Origin: Nemertoderma westbladi
Taxonomy: Eukaryota; Animalia; Xenacoelomorpha
Length of the DNA: 34,072 nucleotides
Direction: 5' to 3'
Assembly: GCA_032718475.1 (NCBI GenBank)
Contig: JAUCBJ010004528.1
Location: 1-34,072 of the forward strand
Part shown: piece by piece, positions 1 through 10,816 of the stretch
Layout: each line of letters begins with the position of its first letter
Numbering within the stretch: the first letter of the stretch is position 1
Made by a program: the position numbers and the translations under genes
The notes under the pieces: generated by a model
The model's input: the letters and a program-made list of their open reading frames with translations, nothing else
Databases searched by the model: none
Told to the model about the DNA's origin: nothing

Positions 1-46
1 ACCGGTAGCAAAATTTGTAGGTCAGTAGGGCAGTAGCAGAGTAGCG

Positions 47-1060
47 CAGAAGTTTACTATGTACGACAGAATCGAACGCTTTAGAGAAATCTACATATAT
101 TACATCAACATTTTTACGCTTATCTATAAGTTTGCACCAATCGGAAAGACAATCTAATAATTGTGTACATGTACTTTTTCTCTTTAAAAAACCGTGTTGT
201 GCCCGGGTAATTAATTTGTTTGTTAACAGGTAATTTATCAAAGCATCTTTAATTACCATTTCCATTATCTTACAGGTTATGCACGTGAGGGAGATAGGTC
301 TGTAATTATAAGGGCCTGATGAATCGCCCTTTTTAAATACAGGTATAATGTAGGCAGTGAGCCAAACAGATGGAAGGGCGTGCGATTCAAAAGAGACACG
401 GAAAATAACTGATAAGGGCGCTGCTATGGTACAAGCTAGTTTAGAAAATAGAATAGCCGGGAACCCGTCCGGGGTGGAACTGTGTTTCGGAGCTAGTTTA
501 TGTAAAAAAGTTAAAACATTTACAGGATTAAAATCAACAGAAGATAAATTAACATTATAGGGTACTTTGCGGTTAAAATTTAAAGGCACATTATTGTCAG
601 GGGTAAAATTTTCTGAAAAGACAGAGGAAAAAATGGTAGCCTTAGTTTCGTCATCAATTACTGTTTCACCTTTGTATTTCAGGGGGCCAATGTCCGATCT
701 GTTGGAGTTCTTTTTCTTCAGGTACCGAAAGATCGCATTTGTGTTTCCAGAACTGAGAATCCGGATTTCCCGCTCGCAGTCAGCACGGTGAGCGGCGCGG
801 GAAGCTTGCGCTGCAACACATTTATACGCAGCCATACCGCCTTCCGAGTGACGCCTGCGCCACAAGCGTTTCTTTGCTTTCTGTAAAATCTTGACGTAAT
901 GAGGGTACTTCTTTTGGTTGCTATCGTTACAAAATTCCTTGTAAGGAATATAAGTATTTATACCACTTTTCATAACCTTGCTAAATGCTAGGAAGAAATC
1001 GTCCACTGTTCTACATGAAGCAAACTCTTCTTCTTCCCATTTAATTGACTGAATAGAAAA
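47..1060 (-). mobile_element. CR1-clade LINE ORF2 fragment (linker to RT N-terminal half)
   Basis: Manual minus-strand translation is open for about 340 codons and runs off the window: STPDGFPAILF...PSVWLTAYIIPVFKKGDSSGPYNYRPISLTCITCKIME...QHGFLKRKSTCTQLL...VDVIYVDFSKAFDSVVHSKLL. Homology ends near position 47. Confidence 0.9.
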
Positions 1061-1065
1061 ACTGA

Positions 1066-1520
1066 AAGGTGACAAGGTGAAGGTGTGGGCGTGCGTGGGG
1101 GTGGGTCGGGTCACGAAGTCTAGCCTAAACAGCTAGGTGAGTATTTCGAATTTCAACTATGTAGCTTCCATTGGAAACACTAATACAATCATGGCCTACT
1201 ACAGTATATTTATACGGCCTAAACAGGTTACTTGGAGTGGCCTCTTAAAAACAGGCCAGTTTTATTTTACATTATTTTGATATGGCAATATGGGGTGAGT
1301 TCTATAAATTTTCATTTGCTGCAATTTGCAAAATGGACGTAAAACGTTCCAGAACATGTTAGCTATTCATTTTAAAAAACATTATATTCTAGAACAAATA
1401 TTTTTTGTTCTATAACATTTTTTAGAAAAAATTTGGATTCTATTTAGAACGCATGGAATCATTCTAAAACGTGTTTAAAATCAATAAAACAATTGTATAA
1501 AAAAAATTTGAAATTTTTTT
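1066..1520. mobile_element. Single-arm copy of the foldback element family found at 11087-13287
   Basis: Shares catggcctact..tatatttatacggcctaa(a)cagg..gtggcctcttaaaaa..gagttctataaattttcatttgctgcaattt..ctagaacaaatattttttg..acgcatggaatc..ctaaaacgtgtttaaaat with 11043-11446 and 12660-12735. It lacks an internal block and ends at the element's A/T centre. Confidence 0.75.
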
Positions 1521-1527
1521 ATTGATA

Positions 1528-4500
1528 CCCCAATGATGAACTATAGTGCTGTAAAGGGTGGAGGATTCTGTTTGTCTACCCATGGTTGAGCTATAGTGCT
1601 GTAAAGGGTGGAGGATTCTGTTTGCTGTACCCATGGTTGAGCTATAGTGCTGTAAAGGGTGGAGGATTCTGTTTGCGTACCCATGGTTGAGCTATAGTGC
1701 TGTAAAGGGTGGAGGATTCTGTTTGCTGTACCCATGGTTGAGCTATAGTGCTGTAAAGGGTGGAGGATTCTGTTTGATGTACCCATGGTTGAGCTATAGT
1801 GCTGTAAAGGGTGGAGGATTCTGTTTGTGTACCAATGGTTGAACTATAGTGCTGTAAAGGGTGGAGGATTCTGTTTGATGTACCCATGGTTGAACTATAG
1901 TGCTGTAAAGGGTGGATGATTCTGTTTGTGTACCCATGGTTGAGCTGTAGTGCTGTAAAGGGTGGAGGATTCTGTTTGCTGTACCCATGGTTGAGCTATA
2001 GTGCTGTAAAGGGTGGAGGATTCTGTTTGCGTACCCATGGTTGAGCTATAGTGCTGTAAAGGGTGGAGGATTCTGTTTGCTGTACCCATGGTTGAGCTAT
2101 AGTGCTGTAAAGGGTGGAGGATTCTGTTTGATGTACCCATGGTTGAGCTATAGTGCTGTAAAGGGTGGAGGATTCTGTTTGTGTACCAATGGTTGAGCTA
2201 TAGTGCTGTAAAGGGTGGAGGATTCTGTTTGCTGTACCCATGGTTGAGCTATAGTGCTGTAAAGGGTGGAGGATTCTGTTTGCTGTACCCATGGTTGAGC
2301 TATAGTGCTGTAAAGGGTGGAGGATTCTGTTTGCGTACCCATGGTTGAGCTGTAGTGCTGTAAAGGGTGGAGGATTCTGTTTGATGTACCCATGGTTGAG
2401 CTATAGTGCTGTAAAGGGTGGAGGATTCTGTTTGCGTACCCATGGTTGAGCTATAGTGCTGTAAAGGGTGGAGGATTCTGTTTGCTGTACCCATGGTTGA
2501 GCTATAGTGCTGTAAAGGGTGGAGGATTCTGTTTGTGTACCAATGGTTGAACTATAGTGCTGTAAAGGGTGGAGGGTTCTGTTTGATGTACCCATGGTTG
2601 AGCTATAGTGCTGTAAAGGGTGGAGGATTCTGTTTGATGTACCCATGGTTGAGCTATAGTGCTGTAAAGGGTGGAGGGTTCTGTTTGTCTACCCAGGGTT
2701 GAGCTATAGTGCTGTAAAGGGTGGAGGATTCTGTTTGTGTACCAATGGTTGAACTATAGTGCTGTAAAGGGTGGAGGATTCTGTTTGTGTACCCATGGTT
2801 GAGCTATAGTGCTGTAAAGGGTGGAGGATTCTGTTTGTGAACCCATGATTGAGCTATAGTGCTGTAAAGGGTGGAGGATTCTGTTTGTCTACCCATGGTT
2901 GAGCTGTATAGTGCTGTAAAGGGTGAAGGATTCTGTTTGATGTACCCATGGTTGAACTATAGTGCTGTAAAGGGTGGAGGATTCTGTTTGCGTACCCATG
3001 GTTGAGCTATAGTGCTGTAAAGGGTGGAGGATTCTGTTTGCGTACCCATGGTTGAGCTATAGTGCTGTAAAGGGTGGAGGATTCTGTTTGTGTACCAATG
3101 GTTGAGCTATAGTGCTGTAAAGGGTGGAGGATTCTGTTTGCTGTACCCATGGTTGAGCTATAGTGCTGTAAAGGGTGGAGGATTCCGTTTGAGTACCCAT
3201 GGTTGAACTATAGTGCTGTAAAGGGTGGAGGATTCTGTTTGCGTACCCATGGTTGAGCTATAGTGCTGTAAAGGGTGGAGGATTCTGTTTGTGTACCAAT
3301 GGTTGAGCTATAGTGCTGTAAAGGGTGGAGGATTCTGTTTGCTGTACCCATGGTTGAGCTATAGTGCTGTAAAGGGTGGATGATTCTGTTTGAAGTACCC
3401 ATGGTTGAGCTATAGTGCTGTAAAGGGTGGAGGATTCTGTTTGATGTACCCATGGTTGAGCTATAGTGCTGTAAAGGGTGGAGGATTCTGTTTGATGTAC
3501 CCATGGTTGAGCTATAGTGCTGTAAAGGGTGGAGGATTCTGGTTGATGTACCCATGGTTGAGCTATAGTGCTGTAAAGGGTGGAGGATTCTGTTTGCGTA
3601 CCAATGGTTGAGCTATAGTGCTGTAAAGGGTGGAGGATTCTGTTTGCTGTACCCATGGTTGAGTTATAGTGCTGTAAAGGGTGGAGGATTCTGTTTGTGT
3701 ACCAATGGTTGAGTTATAGTGCTGTAAAGGGTGGAGGATTCTGTTTGCTGTACCCATGGTTGAGCTATAGTGCTGTAAAGGGTGGAGGATTCTGTTTGAT
3801 GTACCCATGGTTGAGCTATAGTGCTGTAAAGGGTGGAGGATTCTGTTTGTCTACCCATGGTTGAGCTATAGTGCTGTAAAGGGTGGAGGATTCTGTTTGC
3901 TGTACCCATGGTTGAGCTATAGTGCTGTAAAGGGTGGAGGATTCTGTTTGATGTACCCATGGTTGAGTTATAGTGCTGTAAAGGGTGGAGGATTCTGTTT
4001 GATGTACCCATGGTTGAGCTATAGTGCTGTAAAGGGTGGAGGATTCTGTTTGTCTACCCATGGTTGAGCTATAGTGCTGTAAAGGGTGGAGGATTCTGTT
4101 TGCTGTACCCATGGTTGAGCTATAGTGCTGTAAAGGGTGGAGGATTCTGTTTGTCTACCCATGGTTGAGCTATAGTGCTGTAAAGGGTGGAGGATTCTGT
4201 TTGTGTACCAATGGTTGAGTTATAGTGCTGTAAAGGGTGGAGGATTCTGTTTGCTGTACCCATGGTTGAGCTATAGTGCTGTAAAGGGTGGAGGATTCTG
4301 TTTGATGTACCCATGGTTGAGCTATAGTGCTGTAAAGGGTGGAGGATTCTGTTTGATGTACCCATGGTTGAGCTATAGTGCTGTAAAGGGTGGATGATTC
4401 TGTTTGAAGTACCCATGGTTGAGCTATAGTGCTGTAAAGGGTGGAGGATTCTGTTTGATGTACCCATGGTTGAGCTATAGTGCTGTAAAGGGTGGAGGAT

Positions 4501-6036
4501 TCTGTTTGATGTACCCATGGTTGAGCTATAGTGCTGTAAAGGGTGGAGGATTCTGTTTGCGTAGCAATGGTTGAGCTATAGTGCTGTAAAGGGTGGAGGA
4601 TTCTGTTTGCGTACCCATGGTTGAGCTATAGTGCTGTAAAGGGTGGAGGATTCTGTTTGATGTACCCATGGTTGAGCTATAGTGCTGTAAAGGGTGGAGG
4701 ATTCTGTTTGATGTACCCATGGTTGAGCTATAGTGCTGTAAAGGGTGGAGGATTTTGTTTGCTGTACCCATGGTTGAGCTATAGTGCTGTAAAGGGTGGA
4801 GGATTCTGTTTGCTGCACCCAATGATGAACTATAGTGCTGTAAAGGGTGGAGGATTCTGTTTGCTGTACCCATGGTTGAGTTATAGTGCTGTAAAGGGTG
4901 GAGGATTCTGTTGGATGTACCCATGGTTGAGCTATAGTGCTGTAAAGGGTGGAGGATTCTGTTTGATGTACCCATGGTTGAGCTATAGTGCTTTTAAAGG
5001 GTGGAGGATTCTGTTTGATGTACCCATGGTTGAACTATAGTGCTGTAAATGGTAGAGGATTCTGTTTGTGTACCCATGTTTGAGCTATAGTGCTGTAAAG
5101 GGTGGAGGATTCTGTTTGCTGCACCCAATGATGAACTATAGTGCTGTAAAGGGTGGAGGATTCTGTTTGCTGTACCCATGGTTGAGCTATAGTGCTGTAA
5201 AGGGTGGAGGATTCTGTTTGCTGCACCCAATAATGAACTATAGTGCTGTAAAGGGTGGAGGATTCTGTTTGTCTACCCATGGTTGAGCTGTAGTGCTGTA
5301 AAGGGTGGAGGATTCTGTTTGATGTACCCATGGTTGAGTTATAGTGCTGTAAAGGGTGGAGGATTCTGTTTGTCTACCCATGGTTGAGCTATAGTGCTGT
5401 AAAGGGTGGAGGATTCTGTTTGATGTACCCATGGTTGAACTATAGTGCTGTAAAGGTTAGAGGATTCTGTTTGTGTACCCATGGTTGAGCTATAGTGCTG
5501 TAAAGGGTGGAGGATTCTGTTTGCTGTACCCATGGTTGAGTTATAGTGCTGTAAAGGGTGGAGGATTCTGTTTGCTGTACCCATGGTTGAGTTATAGTGC
5601 TGTAAAGGGTGGAGGATTCTGTTTGCTGTACCCAATGATGAACTATAGTGCTGTAAAGGGTGGAGGATTCTGTTTGAAGTACCCATGGTTGAGCTATAGT
5701 GCTGTAAATGGTGGAGGATTCTGTTTGATGTACCCATGGTTGAGCTATAGTGCTGTAAAGGGTGGAGGATTCTGTTTGCTGTACCCATGGTTGAGCTATA
5801 GTGCTGTAAAGGGTGGAGGATTCTGTTTGTCTACCCATGGTTGAGCTATAGTGCTGTAAAGGGTGGAGGATTCTGTTTGATGTACCCATGATTGAGCTAT
5901 AGTGCTGTAAAGGGTGGAGGATTCTGTTTGCCGTACCCATGGTTGAGCTATAGTGCTGTAAAGGGTGAAGGATTCTGTTTGTGTACCCATGGTTGAGCTG
6001 TAGTGCTGTAAAGGGTGGAGGATTCTGTTTGCTGTA
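1528..6036. repeat. 50/51-bp minisatellite, roughly 89 copies
   Basis: Unit gagctatagtgctgtaaagggtggaggattctgtttg[ct/at/c/t]gtacccatggtt, head to tail. The mix of 50- and 51-bp units produces the many frameshifted ORFs in the track. Confidence 0.98.
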
Positions 6037-6205
6037 ACTGAAAACTCAAGATCGGTTAGCTGCTGAGGACCCATGACTTCGGCTACATGATGGTGGACAT
6101 AATACCACCCAATCTTCAGCATTGTCAATATCGAGAGATGTCCGCAGCACATAGTTAATCTCAATATTGAAGAGGAAGAGTGCTAATGTGTCCCCTTGAA
6201 GGACA
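6031..6205 (-). mobile_element. RTE-like LINE reverse transcriptase fragment, degenerate
   Basis: VLQGDTLALFLFNIEINYVLRTSLD matches the GVLQGDTLAPxLF motif; after a frameshift, QQLTDLEF matches LTDLDF(ADD), with the ADD missing. Confidence 0.75.
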
Positions 6206-6375
6206 GGACACCCCAGAGAACCTCGAAGATATCGGTACCTCATACCTACTTAGTCTTTCTAATATGCACACACAATCAATGAGCTGTTATAAATAGCTAT
6301 AGCAACATCTAATTGCCAAGACCAGGATCTGATGCCGCCTAAAGACTGCTGGACGCATTTTCAAATGACAGGATT

Positions 6376-6805
6376 GTGAAAAATATTTTCTCGAAAGTTA
6401 ACAGTAGGGTTAGGTTTCTATACAGAAATAAAAATAGTTTGAACACCGACTCCCGCAAGTTACTTTGCTCTTCTTTAATACAGTGTCACATGGACTATGC
6501 ATGCTCTTCTTGGTATGAAGGCTTAACCAAACAGCTTAAATGTAAATTACAAGTAGCTCAGAATAAAGTAGTACGATTTATTAAAGACTACAAACCTAGG
6601 CACCACCTAACTCCAGATGACTTTTCTGAATCTGGACTACTTAACTTAGATAGTAGAGTTAAGCAGCTACGCCTTAACCATGTGCATAAAGTGTATAATG
6701 GTAAATGTCCCAATTACCTAAAACAAAAATTCAACAGAGTACGCGATACACACTCTTACAGTACCAGAGCAAGTGCTTCAAACTTCTACCTCCCGAATTG
6801 TAAAT
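6376..6805 (+). mobile_element. L2/Crack/Daphne-type (CR1 group) LINE ORF2 C-terminal fragment
   Basis: RKLLCSSLIQCHMDYACSSWY..LKCKLQVAQNKVVRFI..CPNYL..HSYSTR is typical of the post-RT region of these LINEs. Confidence 0.8.
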
Positions 6806-7602
6806 CCTTCGAATTCGTCTTTTTGGTCAGAAAATGCGCTACCCCCCCCCCCCCCCCCCCCCCCCTTAAGTACACAGGCTTCAAAATAGGGATAAACTGG
6901 TAAAGTGTTTGGCTCTATTACATATTACAGGAAATTACATATTACAGGAAATATGCCAAAAATCTCCACCACACAATAATGGGCCAGAAGGCGGGTAATT
7001 CAGAGAATGTATAGATAGATTTCTTTCTTCCCCTAGCCTCTACTCAACCGTCGGTACATAGTACTGTAGGTCCTTTTTATACATTCGTAGTATAAGGGAT
7101 TGAATATAAAAAATGTTCAGATAGCTTTACTTAGCAACAGGAAATTACCCCTTTGAACAAAAAGCACAAAATACCTTAATATGGATAACATGTAAGCGGT
7201 TCAATTATTGGTCATGTGAAATTGCCAAACCCTTAAATTAGTAGTTAAAAATATAAATATTAATTAATTATCACACTCTTTATGGTTATGGTGATGTTCT
7301 TTTTAATTATATTTTAAAATTCAGTTATTTGAATAAATGAAATTTTGTTTTTCGGATTTATAAATTTTACCCGCTAAGCTTTAATCAACCGCCATAGCTT
7401 TATTCTGATTGGTTAACATTAACATAAAACAATAAAATAAAGATTCGAGTTAGAAACTTTTAATTTTATAGAAATAATTCGATAATGGAAAACAAAACCT
7501 TTTGTAATCTCTAAAACTGTAAATTAATTATGAGTGTAAATGTTTAATCATATACAATATCATAACTGTCATAATCGATATAAAGGAAAAACACGAACAT
7601 CT

Positions 7603-7743
7603 CAACAGCAGCTAACCTACGACTTATCGCCAACAGCAGCCAACCTACGACTTATCGCCAACAGCAGCCAACCTACGACTTATCGCCAACAGCAGCCAAC
7701 CTACGACTTATCGCCAACAGCAGCCAACCTACGACTTATCGCC
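7603..7743. repeat. 28-bp tandem repeat, about 5 copies, overlapping the KRI1 stop codon
   Basis: Unit caacagcagccaacctacgacttatcgc; the rightmost copy encodes KRI1 G-D-K-S-stop on the minus strand. Confidence 0.92.
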
Positions 7744-9762
7744 CTCTACATTACGTCTTCGTTTCCGTGCTTCTCTCTCCCGTATTACTTTGTAGCGGAA
7801 ATCTTTCGGTTTAATAATTCCGTAGGCTTTCAGCCTCGTGTCTGTTACTTTAACGCCAAACTCCGAAACCACAGATTTCCTACCAGTCCGTTCCACTTTG
7901 TCCGTTACACCGGATGGTTCCCTACCATTTGGTTCCTCGACTTCACTATCACTAACCACCTTAACATCACCCCCGTCCGTATCTACAGTTTTGGGTTGGA
8001 GGCTCACCAAAGTCCGTAACTTCCTCTTGGCATCCCGTCCCAACCTCCGGTACTTCACGACATCCCGTTTCTCTTCCTCTTCCGTTCTGTACTGGATGGC
8101 TCGCTTTAACCCGCACCATCGGTTCAGCTCCTTATCGTCGCAGGCCAACACCTCGTCCGTGGACAAACCGAACGAGTTGGCCACCACCTTCCGGTACTTA
8201 AACCGACACGGCTGGTCACCCACCAAATCCTCGAAGTCGAGTTTATAATACTCATCGAAGTATTTATCGAGAGTCGAATGAACAGCGGGGTCGAACTCTG
8301 GCTTATGGGAGTCCAGTGCTTCCGCGAATATTGACTTCTTCCGGTCGCGGTAACGGGATTTACTGGAATATTTTTTGAGTTTCGACTTCTTCCCCCCCTC
8401 GATGGAGGGGTTGTAATCGCAGTCCATAACGAAGCGATCCGTTCCCTGCGTCGGTCCTGTTCCCTCCACCGATCCCCCACTAGTTCCCTCCACCGTTTCC
8501 CCACTAGTTCCCTCCACCGTTCCACCATCCCGTTTCACCTGGTACACATCCCAGTTAAACACAACCCCATCGTCCATCCCTTCAACCTCCTCGTCGGAAC
8601 TCCACACCGGCTTACCAACTTCGTCCGTCTTATAGAACGCTGCGTCAAACAAACTCCCCATGAGTTTATCATGGGATTCCGGGTCGAACTCATCGTCAAC
8701 ATCGGCCGCAGTTAGCTCCGCGTCTCGCACCCCGGACACCTTCCTCAACTTCTCCATCCTCCCCAGTATCTCCTCCTCCTTCAACCTTTTCAGCTCCCTC
8801 ACCTCCCGCATTCTCGTCTCCTTCAGTCTCCCCTTCCTCTCCTTCCGACTCTCCCGCTGATCGCGCCTCCGACAGCTCTTCCGACGCACCGAGCCTCCGC
8901 CATCCCTTGGATAACTCCTCAACCGATGGTGCGACTCCTCCAACGCCCTGAGGCGTTCCAGTAGCACGGATTCGTCATCGTCTGGATGGATAACCGCCCC
9001 GATAGTGAACAGATCCTCCTCGTAGTGTGCCAACGGACCATCAGCAGCATCCTCCTCCATACCATCATCTACAACCTCCATAACATCATCTACAACCTCC
9101 CTAACATCTCCCTCACTGCTGTCGCTCTCCTCGGAGTCCTCCTTATACTTCTTCTCCTTGAGATACTTCTGTAGGTATTCTTCTGGATCGTCGTCGTTTA
9201 ACTCTTTATTCCTAGACTTATTTGCTTTTTCTACTTCGGGTTTCTTCTTAACGAATAGATCATCTTCTTCTTCCTCCAGGAACCCAGCTCGTTTTATCTC
9301 ATCTTTAATATCTTCCTGCTCTTCGTAATAACCCTTACTACGGGGCATATTGCCATCCTCCCGCTCGCTGTCCTCCGATGAAACTCGTCCGTCCCGCTCT
9401 ACGATAACCCGTCGTTCGTAGTCCTTCAAGTAAACCGGTTTACTGCGGGAATTCCTGGAGGCGGTGGACGTTGCATGTTCGGTAGTCCCGGTTGGGTGTG
9501 CAGTAGACCCAGTTGGGTCTGCAGTGGACCCAGTTGGATCCTCAAACAACTCCTTCCCGGAATAAATAATCGGATCTTTTGATTTTATCTTCTCGATGGC
9601 CCGGAAGAACTCCTCGTCCAACTCGGAGCTCTCTGATTGGTCGGTTGAGGATGACTCATCGCCAGGGGACTCCCCATAGCGGTCTCGCAGCTTTTGGAGT
9701 TCCTCTTTTCGACGATAGGCGTCGTACTTCCGGGCGAACTCTTTGTTGACATTCAGTTTCAT
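7729..9762 (-). CDS. KRI1: Protein KRI1 homolog (40S biogenesis), single exon, 677 aa
   Basis: N-terminal LNVNKEFARKYDAYRRKEELQKLRDRYG; KPVYLKDYER; RSYPR..SVRR; KRLKEEEI; DEFDPESHDKLM; C-terminal Kri1_C-like DEYYKLDFEDLVGDQPCRFKYRKV..FGLSTDEVLACDDKELNRWCGLK; ends RLKAYG. Confidence 0.95.
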   Translation of the reverse strand: MKLNVNKEFARKYDAYRRKEELQKLRDRYGESPGDESSSTDQSESSELDEEFFRAIEKIKSKDPIIYSGKELFEDPTGSTADPTGSTAHPTGTTEHATSTASRNSRSKPVYLKDYERRVIVERDGRVSSEDSEREDGNMPRSKGYYEEQEDIKDEIKRAGFLEEEEDDLFVKKKPEVEKANKSRNKELNDDDPEEYLQKYLKEKKYKEDSEESDSSEGDVREVVDDVMEVVDDGMEEDAADGPLAHYEEDLFTIGAVIHPDDDESVLLERLRALEESHHRLRSYPRDGGGSVRRKSCRRRDQRESRKERKGRLKETRMREVRELKRLKEEEILGRMEKLRKVSGVRDAELTAADVDDEFDPESHDKLMGSLFDAAFYKTDEVGKPVWSSDEEVEGMDDGVVFNWDVYQVKRDGGTVEGTSGETVEGTSGGSVEGTGPTQGTDRFVMDCDYNPSIEGGKKSKLKKYSSKSRYRDRKKSIFAEALDSHKPEFDPAVHSTLDKYFDEYYKLDFEDLVGDQPCRFKYRKVVANSFGLSTDEVLACDDKELNRWCGLKRAIQYRTEEEEKRDVVKYRRLGRDAKRKLRTLVSLQPKTVDTDGGDVKVVSDSEVEEPNGREPSGVTDKVERTGRKSVVSEFGVKVTDTRLKAYGIIKPKDFRYKVIREREARKRRRNVEGDKS

Positions 9763-9908
9763 TGGGAATTAAAAACAAAAGGAAATTGAATTAATTATTA
9801 AAGAAACGTTGAACTCAATAATATCAATAAAATAATTATATAGTTTGTAAACAAATAATCAGAAGCAGAACACAGGCAGATAAATATCAATAAAGTCTAC
9901 CAAATTAA

Positions 9909-10484
9909 TTAACGTGAGTCCTGTATTCGATCTCTTGCTATTACAGCTTCGTCAAACTTTATCATCCACGTGGTGCCTTTATGCCAATGAGCCGTGACTT
10001 TAGCGGGAAACCCAGAGGTTTCCAGCACAGCCTCTATAATACCGCCAATAAAGGCGCCACAGTTGACGTTCCCTTTGTCTTTAGGGACCGAAATGAACCG
10101 ATTAACCAACGGGTTCGCTTCGATGATGTAGTACATGGACTCGTCGTCCGTGGCGTGTTCAAGTTTATCCGCCTCTTTTCCGAACAAATTCTTCCACAAA
10201 TTAGTCTTTATAAATAGTAAAATATTGAGCAGTTTTATCTCTCGTTTAAAGGATTTCTCTCTGAGGAATACGATGTCTACAAGACGGAATCCCACGTCCC
10301 GGCCAAGGTCATTAAGTTTCTGTTGCAATTCGTTTACTGAGCTGATTCTGTTGTGGGAATACTGGACAATTTCCGAGAACAACAATGCGAATGTGCTAAG
10401 GTTCATCTCATGTTTGCCTTTGCTCAGCGGTTTATCTAATATACTCGGTTTGGGGGGCCGTTTCCCTGAATGTTCACTTTCCAT
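9909..10484 (-). CDS. TRAPPC5: Trafficking protein particle complex subunit 5, single exon, 191 aa
   Basis: LSTFALLFSEIVQY..LWKNLFGKEADKLE..YYIIEANPLVNRFISVPK..NCGAFIGGIIEAVL..GFPAKVTAHWHKGTT.MIKFDEAVIARD follows animal TRAPPC5 over the full length. Confidence 0.97.
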   Translation of the reverse strand: MESEHSGKRPPKPSILDKPLSKGKHEMNLSTFALLFSEIVQYSHNRISSVNELQQKLNDLGRDVGFRLVDIVFLREKSFKREIKLLNILLFIKTNLWKNLFGKEADKLEHATDDESMYYIIEANPLVNRFISVPKDKGNVNCGAFIGGIIEAVLETSGFPAKVTAHWHKGTTWMIKFDEAVIARDRIQDSR

Positions 10485-10642
10485 TTACAACGTAATTTCA
10501 AGAAATCCGAACAAAATCGTACACAACTATCTGACTAGGCCTATCCCTTTATCTGTTAATTGTAAATAATTTATAAATGATGTTTTAATAGTTTAATGAG
10601 TGAATCTGAAAACCTTTTACAATTTATTTGTTTTTAATTGGC

Positions 10643-10816
10643 CTACTCCAAATCGTCATCGTCAAATAAGTCTCCAAAATTGTTATTAAAGTCACTGTGA
10701 ACTGTTTTCTCAGAGGTACTGAGTTCATTAATCATTGTACCACTGCTAGCTCCATCTTCAAATTCCATGTAGGAAACATCAGGAAACATTTCGTCTTGAA
10801 CCACAGGCGGTTTCAT
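10643..10816 (-). CDS. COPS9: COP9 signalosome subunit 9 (CSNAP/MYEOV2), 57 aa, below the ORF-track cutoff
   Basis: Manual translation MKPPVVQDEMFPDVSYMEFEDGASSGTMINELSTSEKTVHSDFNNNFGDLFDDDDLE*. It matches the COPS9 pattern MKP..DEMFP...EKxVHxDFxNxFxDLFDDDD and the 57-aa length. A ctaat...tacag splice acceptor lies 4 nt before the ATG. Confidence 0.93.
   Translation of the reverse strand: MKPPVVQDEMFPDVSYMEFEDGASSGTMINELSTSEKTVHSDFNNNFGDLFDDDDLE

Noticed and set aside
357-791. Short + strand ORFs
   Set aside because: Antisense to the CR1 ORF2 fragment.
1528-6036. CRISPR array
   Set aside because: No unique spacers, only a few variable bases per unit; eukaryotic context; no cas genes.
1541-6164. 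Many repetitive ORFs (NRILHPLQHYSSTMG, YPWLSYSAVKGGG)
   Set aside because: Products of the minisatellite; the 50/51-bp unit mix breaks the frame repeatedly.
7540-10569. + strand and alternative-frame ORFs over KRI1 and TRAPPC5
   Set aside because: Shadow ORFs of real minus-strand genes with no recognisable motifs.
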